A DNA stretch of 60,796 nt, filler included, from Stramenopiles sp. TOSAG23-6 (taxonomy: Eukaryota), in assembly GCA_900128565.1 (NCBI GenBank). It is 2 parts of 2 records of this genome, joined end to end, with 100 filler letters (N's around TTAATTAATTAA, not from the genome) between each part and the next. Parts side by side here need not be neighbours in the genome. Positions count along the whole stretch, not along the records: positions 30,671 to 60,796 come from LT635967.1; 1 more part is not named here. One strand, 5' to 3'. Both the position numbers and the translations under genes were made by a program. Under the pieces are notes generated by a model. That model saw nothing but the letters and a program-made list of their open reading frames with translations. It did no database searches and was not told where the DNA came from. The first letter of the stretch is position 1. Every line of letters starts with the position of its first letter. Shown here piece by piece: positions 30,713-39,854 of this stretch.

Positions 30713-33700
30713 ATGAAAAAAGCTCCAAAAGAAAAATTAAATTGTCTTAATTTAATTAGTGAAATTCCAAGAAAAGATCCAGCAAATTGGACTAAACCGC
30801 TTGTTGGTAAAAATAAATTCAATACTAAAAAAAATAAAGAATTTCTCAGTAAACTAAAGGAGAAATTTCTGACGCTTAAAACAAGCTGTAAGGGTGCGGA
30901 AAAAGAGCGCGATGATGCGGAAAAAAATCGCGTTGTTGCGAAAAAAGAGCTGGTTGCATATTTTGTCCCTCATTCGTCTGAAGTTGGACTTTTAACAGTT
31001 GTTAATGATGATGGTGAAACAAAAGCAAGATCATATGAAAAATACGCTTACCTTGCATTGTACAAAAGTACAGTAGGAAAAGGTTGGCTTGCATTGTACA
31101 AAAGTACAGTAGGAAAAGGTTGGAACGAAGACGATTGGAAAGATACGGATATTTGTACATTGCCTGAAGTCACGTGTATTGAAGGAAGTGTTACTAAATT
31201 GGACTTCTCTAATAAAGAACTATCTGGTACAATTTCAAAAACAATTGGTCAACTAACAAATCTCGAAGAATTGATTTTGGGTGAAAACGAACTATCTGGT
31301 CCAATTCCAACGGAAATTGGTCAACTAACGAAGCTTGAAAGATTGTACTTGTATAACAACAAACTACTTGGTTCAATTCCAAAAGAAATTGGTCAACTAA
31401 TGAAGCTCGAAGAATTGGAATTGGACCACAACCAATTATCTGGTCCAATTCCAACGGAAATTGGTCAACTAACGAAGCTTGAAAGATTGTTCTTGTCAAA
31501 CAACAAACTATCTAGTCCAATTCCGAAAGAAATTGGTCAACTAACAAATCTCGAAGAATTGGACTTGGCCTCCAACAAACTATCGGGTACAATACCAAAG
31601 GAAATTGGTCGACTAACAAGTCTCGAAGGATTGTCCTTGGCGGGGAACAACAAACTATCTGGTTCAATACCAGAGAAAGTTGATAAACTAAAACTTGAAG
31701 ATTTGAACTTGAACAACACCAAAATAAAAATAAAACCTCATACCAAAAAATCGGCAGTGGACTATTTTTCAAAACGGAAAAATTCTTCGAAATGTCTTAC
31801 TCATGGGGACAAGGTATTCACTACCTATAATTACATTACTAATGAGACTACAGTTATCAAAAAAGAAACAGTTATCAAAAAAGAAACAGATGACAAAAAA
31901 GAAAAAAAAACAGATGACAAGTATTGTATAGTTGAATCTCAAGTTCCGCCGGAGGGTGGGCCTACTGAATTGACCAAAAGTTTCGCTAAGCTTACTGAAT
32001 TGACCAAAACTAAAAATTATTATGTTGTCTTGTGGGTAAGACAATGTGAAAGCTGTGCCAATGTAGCTCTTACATGGTCAGCGCGTTATAATGCTTACCA
32101 GAAAATGTTCCGTACTCCTCTGTGTACGAATACAGGAAAGGAACAGGGAAAGCTTTTGGGAAAAAAATTCCTTTTAAAAAAAAAAAAAAAAAAGCAGTCG
32201 GTAAAGCAGTCGGTAAAGCCAGGGAATTGGATAAGATGAAAATTTTCTCAAGTTACTTGCCTAGAACCTTCCATACAGCACAAGAGATTATAGCTGGTTA
32301 CAATGAGAGTGTCAGTGGTAATGAGAGTGCCAGTGATAATGAGAAAGGTAAGAGTGCCGGTATTGAGAGACATAAGGTTGACAGTAAAGAAAAGATAAAA
32401 CGGATTTGCTATGTTAGCGAAGAAGTAAAGTGGTACGATAAATATGGGGGCAGACTTGGTGGCATTCACGCAAGCCAGAGTACAATCCCCCCAATGGCGA
32501 GTGATTGTTATGCGAAATATTTAAATTTAAATTTAAAAGATCAAAAAACAATAGGGGTCGTTCATCAGCAAAATCCGGATATAGATGCATCAAATAACGA
32601 TTACTTAGAAAAACCTCCTCAGTGTGATGATTTTGAAGATAGAGCAATCGCTGGTCAGAAGAACTCAGAAATAGCTAAAGATTATATGAGATTCTATGAA
32701 AAGTACATTAATCATCCGGAGGATAACTCGAACTTAAGTAATTTAAGTGATAAAGATTTAAACGTGATTGTTTCGCATGGTGGTTACATCCGAATGAACG
32801 TCCTTCATAAACGTGATTGTTTCGCATGGTGGTTACATCCGAATGAACGTCCTTCAGTCAGACGAAAAACACCCAAATAATACAGAAGCATATTTAGTGT
32901 TGTATCACAAAACGAAAGCAGAGGCATATATTTTAGGTAAGGAAAGCAATTCTAACAGGTTAGCTGAAAAGATCCAAAAAAAAAACAAAAAGATGATTGA
33001 TCGGGGCTGTAATGTTAGCCTTAAAACAGTTTCTAGAGAGGTAGGTGAGGAATGCAGTAAGGCCGCTATTAAAAGGCTGCAATGCAAATATTACAAGACC
33101 TGTACAGAGTGCCAAACGGATCCTAAGTGTATGTATTGTCCATTAGAGTTTGTAAGCAAGCGAATGTTTAAAGATTCTTCTCATCTGCCTCGACATTGTC
33201 ACAATCGAAAAAAAGCAAAGCAATGCTTCGAATTATTCTCTGAAAATGAGGGAAAAGAGATTAAAGAAAATTCAAAGAAAGGAAACGAAGACGACGCCAT
33301 AAACTATTGCAGTTTTGTACTCACAAAAAAAATAGCGTATGATATACAACTGGAAAAATATTTTGAATATTTTAAGAAAAATAAAGAAACGTCGCTGGAG
33401 TCGGCTATCTACTATTTTGAACAAAAATCGGAGGATGAGTTGATAAAAAAAGGCCGAACAGTCGAAGGTTATAAGAAACAATATAGAAAAAGTTATGAAC
33501 GAGCGAAGAAATTGTGGGAAAAAAAAAAAAAATTAGAAAAAGCTTTAGAAAAAGCTTTACTTGTATTAAAAGTTAAAAACGATTCGAACGAAGATACGGG
33601 TATTTGTGGTTGGCATGGAGTTTGGTGTAATAAAGAAGGAAGTGTTACTAAAGTGGACTTGTCTGGAAATAGCTTATCTGGTAAAATTCCAAAGGAAATT

Positions 33701-34440
33701 GGTCAACTATCAAATCTCGAACAATTGGACTTGGCAGAAAACGAACTATCTGGTTCAATACCAACGGAAATTGGTGGACTAAAAAAGCTCATAAAATTGA
33801 ACTTGTCAAAGAACAAACTATCTGGTACAATACCAAATGAAATTGGTCAACTAACAAACCTCGAAGAATTGGAATTGGACAACAACCAATTATCTGGTAC
33901 AATTCCAGAGGGAATTGGTCAACTGAAAAAGCTCAAACAATTGTGGTTGAACTACAACAATTTATCTGGTCCAATTCTAACATTTCTAAAACAAATGGTT
34001 GAACTAGTAAAAACACTAAAAGATAGGTGGAGCTTGAGAAATAATGAAAAACTCGAACTAACTCCAGAAGAAATTAAATGGTTTGAAAAACTACGAAAAC
34101 TATCTGGAGATGAAGAAGAAGATGACGAAGATGAAGATGAAGATGAAGATGAAGATGATGAAGGAGATGAAGAAAGATAACGCTAAAAAGTTATGGAAAA
34201 CTTGGCGGAGATGGCGGCGGAAGTCGCCAAGATGAAAAAGCTTGGAACATAAAAAAATGGGACCTAGAAACAGATATTTCTACATGGTATAAAGTCAACC
34301 GTAATGAAGAAGGAAATGTTACTACATTGGACTTGTCTAAGAACCAATTATCTGGTAAAATTCCAAAAGAGATAGGGAATTTAATAAATCTTAAAAGTTT
34401 GGACTTGGAAGGCAACAACCTATATGATACAATTCCGTAA
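30713..34440 (+). CDS. Mosaic LRR / histidine-phosphatase-like / Cys-rich / LRR / LRR gene, frameshifted in this sequence and possibly 5'-truncated
   Basis: LxxNxLSGxIPxEIGQL repeats; WVRQCESCAN, PLCTNTGKEQG, SSYLPRTFHTA, VSHGGYI and PNNT phosphatase-fold motifs; shifts at A18 (32176-32193), a 49-nt duplication (32759-32856) and near 34180. Confidence 0.7.
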
Positions 34441-34656
34441 TTATTGTGTCTTTCTTTCTCAATCATTTTGAAGAAGAACTTGACAACTCGTGTGTGACAT
34501 GTTCCTATCGGATCTTTTCGAAGTTTTCTGGCAAATTTGTAAATTTTAAATTAATAAAAAATTTACAAAAACCAAAAATCATTTTTTATATAGTAAACGA
34601 AATTCCATATCGATTGATTTACGAATGTGCTATATTCATTCTATGTTGATCTTTCT

Positions 34657-36115
34657 TCATTTTATTTTTGCTGTTGAAATTTGGGAAACATTTTCAATCT
34701 TAGTGTTTAGCCACAATAGTCTCAGAGAGCATGCCGTTTCAATGACACCAAGTAAGTTAAGAACAAGTGGGAGTTGTTCATATGATAAAGATAAATTGTG
34801 ACCCCCTCCACCGGGTAGTACAAGCGTTCCTTGATCAATTGCTTGTCTTGAGTCTTCAGCAACAACACACCCACCAGAGATTTCTTCTTGAATATCATCT
34901 TGAACTGTATTACTTTCTACGTCTTGAACTGTATTACTTTCTACGTCAAGGTGATTATTACTTATTTTTGAGGCATTATTATTGCAAATAACACTATCAT
35001 CTTCCATACATTCGGTTGAAATGTCTTTAATATCTGATAAATTAAATTGAGTAAATTGAGTATCAGCGCTTGGAAATGAACTAGCAAAGGGAACATCAAT
35101 TGTTCCAACAGCATCAAACACTGTATCAAGCTCACGTGGGAGATGCACTTCTGAAGTTTCCTCGACAATCATTTGGGGTTTTGAAGTAGTTGTTTGTACT
35201 CGAATGTCAGGATTAGGGTTGGTGGTAGCATTTACTTCTTCAAAAAATCTCGTACTACTACCTTCAATATTGTTATTTTTATCAACCTCTGAAATGGTTT
35301 GATTATATTCTTGATTAGGGTTAGGGTTAGATATGGTTTGATTATATTCTTGATTATATTCTTGATTATATTCCACACCACACTTTAGTGGTTTGGTATT
35401 CATGTTGGCATTTGCTTGCATTCTATCTGCTAAGTCATTTATACATGTATTGTGAAAAATATTTCAAAAAAAATTAAATTAGGTACGAAATTTTCTATAA
35501 AAAAATAAATACATCTGCAATTCATCACGAAAACGAACACGTATGAAGACTACTTAAATGGCATACATTATCACCCAACCAACATAATAGATTTCGTGCA
35601 GACTCTTCACATAGATTTTGCTTTTCATCTATCTTTTTATATATAGCATTACCTGCAACATCAGATGTATGAGCAGAACCGTTGAAATTATAATAAGTAT
35701 CATTATTTTCGTACGTACCCCAATCTGAATAATTCCACAGAAGCTGATCTACTAGAGCGTTCGTTGGGCATAAACCATCATAATCTTTGGTAGTCGACTC
35801 AAATCTAACTTTTTTTTTCTTTTTTGATTTTTTGTGGAGTAATATCGATTTGACAATTTTGTTGTGGTATTCACCGGTGTGCGTTTTATTCGCTGTTTTA
35901 CGTTTCTTCTTTTGGGGTTGATCTTGAACGTTTTCGTCATTTTCATCAGTATTTTCAACGACTCGACATCTTTTGCGTGCTCGCACAGAGGAATCTGTTG
36001 TAGATTCATTTGATACATTTATCGAGGTATCAATAAATGAAGTATTTTCCACACTCTTTGAAGCCTTTGGATTCAGTTCACCTGGTGAAGTGTCAGTAAA
36101 CGATAAAGCACCCAT
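34657..36115 (-). CDS. Hypothetical low-complexity, probably nuclear protein (2 exons; GT-AT intron 35445-35538)
   Basis: Removing the intron gives ...HLSSLHTC-INDLADRMQANAN in frame; basic NLS-like stretches. Confidence 0.7.
35445..35538 (-). mobile_element. Introner-like GT-AT intron, copy 2 (94 nt)
   Basis: GTTCGT...aaatttcgtacctaat...ttcacaatacAT|GT. Confidence 0.8.
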
Positions 36116-36575
36116 TTCACAGACAATACCTGCACTATATTTAGTAGTAAAGAAGCACTGAGAATATTATATACTACTGTGCGCTATCCGCTAAAGGGTA
36201 CTCAGTTCTCACAATAACACATAAATTGAACTATAACATTGTCCAGAGCATGTATCAATGTTTGGTAAGGCGCACAAAAAAAGTCAGCTATAACTATTAT
36301 ATAGCAGAGGGAAGCTTACGATTAAATTTGTGTTAATGAAGACGCGACTATCAATTTAATTGACGCGTGTCTGAAATATAAAAATACAAGCTGTTATTTT
36401 TTAACTCGATTTCGTGTTTTTGTTGTAAGAGCTCGTGTTAGGAGTCAGCGAATAAAATTTTCATTTTCATGAATGCGCTCTCGCTAACCTCGAGAAAGAA
36501 AAGTTTCTTTGTTGAAACACTCACACGCCAAGGGTAAATTACAACGCATCCAATGGTTAGTTGAATGAATTGTTT

Positions 36576-36619
36576 AATATCACGGATGATTTAGCTATTT
36601 GCTAGTCATCCGTGATATT
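36576..36619. repeat. Hairpin with perfect 14-bp arms
   Basis: aatatcacggatga ... tcatccgtgatatt, extended by tagc/gcta. Confidence 0.8.
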
Positions 36620-37027
36620 GGCATTGTTCTTATTATTGTTCTTGGTTTGTGTTTATTTTTCTGGACTTATTGCGGAAGCTAATTTGGTGAATTTCGTCTT
36701 TTCATGCGTAAGAAACCAAGAAACTTTCTACATTTGTATATGGCTCTTCGAAGGGCGCGACGGATTACTTCGGTCCTATCTCGCTTCAAAACGATGCCTA
36801 TATTATGGCGATTGCTTACTATAACCAATTGTTTCCTCATATTGTTTGTAACTTGACACGATCTGTTGTGCGTGCCCCTGAAAAGGTTTCCGCGCATAAT
36901 TGTGTCTCGTGGCCCGAGTTTCTAACTAGTGACACATTGTTTTTCTAACAAATTAGAATTTCCCCCTATATCAACTGAGTTTTGTTTCCAATGCTTTTGA
37001 CATACTTTTGATTGTATTTGAAGTATT

Positions 37028-37192
37028 GCAAGCCACACTCTGTTCCGCGATCTGAAATGTTGCGGCTCAATTTTTTTTGCTTGCTATAGAGAGGTTTCCT
37101 AGACCATATTGTCTATCGTGAAACTTTTCATCAATGCTGATGAGGAGAGGATTTATCTTATGAACCCTTGTCTGTAATGATGAAGTACAATA
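37028..37192 (+). ncRNA. H/ACA-like snoRNA candidate (three hairpins)
   Basis: Stems gcaagc/gcttgc, gaggtttc/gaaacttt and ttcatca/tgatgaa, followed by ACA+3 nt; no perfect H box. Confidence 0.45.
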
Positions 37193-37250
37193 ACGTTTTA
37201 CTTCAATAATCATTTTTGTTTTCCCGTTTTTTTTGTTTTGTTGTGTGAGT

Positions 37251-37362
37251 GTGCAGTGATGTGAAAAAATATTTAATCTTTGAGAACTGAACCTAGAACA
37301 ATCCTGCGAGCTTCGCTGTTGTTTGATTATGGCATTGAGGTCAACCTACAATCACTGAGCAC
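37251..37362 (+). ncRNA. C/D box snoRNA, guide for the 5' end of 18S (Cm38-equivalent)
   Basis: Stem gtgc/gcac; C-like GTGATGT; TTAATCTTTGAGA antisense to the conserved 18S UCUCAAAGAUUAA before D' CTGA; D CTGA at 37355. Confidence 0.8.
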
Positions 37363-37376
37363 TTCTTAATGTTTTT

Positions 37377-37489
37377 TTCCTAAATGAAGACACAACCTCT
37401 GACAACTTGACGCGCTCTAGAAGTCAGCTTTGACTTTTAAACTGCACTGGCGACAATGTACTGAATTAATATATCAACTCTGATGGGAA
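37377..37489 (+). ncRNA. C/D box snoRNA candidate, target not recognised
   Basis: Stem ttcc/ggaa, C-like ATGAAGA, internal CTGA, terminal D CTGA at 37480. Confidence 0.5.
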
Positions 37490-37560
37490 AATCAATTTTA
37501 AAATCAATTACAACGACGTCTAACGAAATTCTTTCCATATTTTTCATTTTTTCTTTCTCT

Positions 37561-37694
37561 ACTGCTATGAGGACTTGAGGATAATATCCTCTGTGTCTCG
37601 TTCGCCTGAATATTCGCTTGAGTACTCGAGGTCGAGAACTCGCGACATTCTTTGATGTCAATATAGACTAACGGAATTTTATTTTCTGAGCAGT
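37561..37694 (+). ncRNA. C/D box snoRNA, guide for the 18S CGAACGAGAC region (Am)
   Basis: Stem actgc/gcagt; C-like ATGAGGA; GTCTCGTTCG before D' CTGA; second element TAACGGAATT antisense to the adjacent 18S AAUUCCGUUA. Confidence 0.8.
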
Positions 37695-37747
37695 TTTATA
37701 TATTTATCTGTGTTTTCTGTATTATTCATTGTAATATTTTTATTTTT

Positions 37748-37825
37748 TTCCGATGATTCAAAATTCTTGTCCTTATGGTGAAATATCCGATGATGGTTCA
37801 AAACGTTTTAATTAAACAATGAGGA
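37748..37825 (+). ncRNA. C/D box snoRNA, LSU guide
   Basis: CGATGA box; GTTTTAATTAAACA (14 nt) antisense to the conserved LSU UGUUUAAUUAAAAC, immediately before D-like ATGA. Confidence 0.65.
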
Positions 37826-37970
37826 GTTTTTAAATTTTCTTTTCATAGACAAAATTTCATACCTAACAAAAAGTGTACATTTTTTGATTCATTTTTTTGT
37901 ATTGGTTAACACTTTACTATTTTTTTTGATAAGTGTAAGGCACTATAATTTTCTTTTATTATAACAACAT

Positions 37971-38260
37971 CGAGATCTGGTATGCATGCTTTGGGATGTA
38001 GTAACCCTCAGCAGCTACCACTGCAATGATTTGCGCTGAGTTTTCTTTTCTAAGTTAACATTTCATGACGTCAATGCAAAGCTAAAGATCTTAAAGTAAC
38101 GAAGTTGTTGAGCTGCTATGTATTCTACATGTATAGTTCTATATGTACAAATATGTGTAGTATTGTAACGTGCTCCTTCTTTTCGGTCTCTATATTCCTA
38201 GTCTTGATATTAGCAACTATGTTGCCATTGATGTTGAGAAAAACCATAGATGAAACAATT
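37971..38260 (+). ncRNA. snR30: U17/snR30 H/ACA snoRNA (18S processing); 5' end approximate
   Basis: Diagnostic m1 ATATTCCTA (38192-38200) and m2 AAACCAT (38241-38247) in the 3' hairpin, ACA at 38255-38257; 5' hairpin agatct/agatct, H box AAAGTA near 38093, internal hairpin. Confidence 0.88.
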
Positions 38261-38328
38261 TTTTTTTTGTATTTTTTTGTATTGTTTTTGTATACTTTTG
38301 TGTTTCCTTATTATTTTATTTTATGAAA

Positions 38329-38502
38329 ACCCTGCGTTTGAACTGTTGGTTAGCTTTGCACTGATCCAATGCGTATAGAGCAGGGTAAGAAACGTTGTAA
38401 TAAAATGGTGGTATCTGCATCAATTGTTTGGTTTCTAACCGGGACCATATTAGTTGATGTACATATGGATGCTTACTGGGAAAGTTGCAGTATATTACAT
38501 TG
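38329..38502 (+). ncRNA. H/ACA snoRNA candidate
   Basis: Hairpin accctgc/gcagggt, second long hairpin, ACA at 38497-38499; imperfect H box. Confidence 0.55.
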
Positions 38503-38551
38503 TATTATCTACTCATATATATCCATATTTTTGTATTTCTCACCAATAATG

Positions 38552-38632
38552 TTCTTATGATGATAAAAACCGCGCGTGATGACTCACCGTCATTTTATTA
38601 TGAGCGTAGCATTGTTACACACTCTGAAGGAA
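38552..38632 (+). ncRNA. C/D box snoRNA, LSU guide
   Basis: Stem ttctt/aggaa; C ATGATGA (38557); TTGTTACACACT antisense to LSU AGUGUGUAACAA directly before D CTGA (38624). Confidence 0.8.
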
Positions 38633-38672
38633 TATTTTTATTTTTATAACCATTTTTATATATGTTATTTGT

Positions 38673-38760
38673 ATGGCACTGAAGATTCTCCTCCTTGGCT
38701 GTGTCTGATGGGCCTAGATACCCCAAACGAAGACTCCTTTTCAAGCCCGAACTGAGCCAT
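38673..38760 (+). ncRNA. C/D box snoRNA, LSU guide (CACAGCCAAGG region, Am)
   Basis: Stem atggc/gccat; C-like TGAAGA; CCTTGGCTGTG before D' CTGA; CAAGCCCG antisense to the nearby CGGGCUUG before D. Confidence 0.8.
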
Positions 38761-38799
38761 TGTTTGTTTTAGTTTTGATATTTTTACAATTTTATGTTT

Positions 38800-38954
38800 T
38801 CGCCGTTTTGCCACTGCTCATGCTTATTTAATGCATTAATTGCGGTCTTCCAAATTCGGCGTATATTAGTCTTCCCACTTCGGGTGCAGACTGTGTTATC
38901 TGGGCAACTACTACTGTGCACCAACTAGTATTAGGAATCAGGCGACCAACATCA
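38800..38954 (+). ncRNA. Canonical two-hairpin H/ACA snoRNA
   Basis: Hairpin cgccg/cggcg, H box ATATTA (38863-38868), second hairpin ggtgca/tgcacc, ACA at 38949-38951. Confidence 0.75.
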
Positions 38955-39538
38955 TACTATTATTTCTATCTTTTGTTTATTCTTTAAAAAAAATTATAAA
39001 AATGCTTATATAATATTATTATTGGTGGTTTATTCTTTAAAAAAAATTATAAAAATGCTTATATAATATTATTGATGTCCATTATTCTTTTAAAGAAAAA
39101 AATGTAAAATTATGTTTCATTTTTTAACAACCGAAATTCCAGTCGAGTTAGAATTTCCATATCGGTTTTGAAAAATATACAATCCATATGGACTCATCTC
39201 TTTACTCTCTATGTACTACTTATACGTAATAATGCACTTTGAACTGATAAATTATAAATTGATAAATTGGCGCTTCGTAACTGTTTTTTTTTTCGCGAGC
39301 CGCTGACTTCTTCTTTATTCATATATAGGTTAACGTAGGCTCCTTGTTCCATGCTATCGAAACACATACTGTAGTAGTATAACTAACTATAGCTACTACT
39401 GTACAACGACTATTCCTACGGTTACCGTGGTACTACGGTTTATGGAATACATTTCATCCTTTCTATTCTTGACTATCGCTCAACTCTTTTCTTGATTAGT
39501 GTAAACTAGTATTCAAGTAATATATTTAGTTGTTTGAA

Positions 39539-39739
39539 ATGCTATTGCCAATTTTAAAAAAAGTAGTACCAGCCTGTTTCTTTGCTGGTGCAGGAATTGA
39601 ATTGTTTCTATACAAAGGAGGTTTTTACGAACACTATACAATGAAACAAGCTCTATTGAATTTAGAAGCAAAAGAAAAAGAAGCCACTTACTGGGCAAAT
39701 CGCGAAAAACAAAACGACGGTGCAGCTGAAGAAGAGTAA
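39539..39739 (+). CDS. Small mitochondrial membrane protein, SMIM4/UQCC5 (UPF0640)-like
   Basis: PACFFAGAGIELFLYKGGFYE..KQA pattern, 66 aa. Confidence 0.65.
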   Translation: MLLPILKKVVPACFFAGAGIELFLYKGGFYEHYTMKQALLNLEAKEKEATYWANREKQNDGAAEEE

Positions 39740-39854
39740 AGAATACTGACAGTGTGAAATGTCTATGCTGAAATAGAGAGACTATACGCTAGTTAAATGA
39801 AACAAAGATACATAATTATGATGAAATTACAGTGAATTAAATTTTGAATTTCAT

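Noticed and set aside
35315-35330. TTAGGG repeat
   Set aside because: Lies within a CDS and encodes NPNPN on the minus strand.
36612-38560. Short ORFs, including a weak IDEKF transposase-like word near 37130 on the minus strand
   Set aside because: No extended similarity; the region is better explained by + strand snoRNAs.
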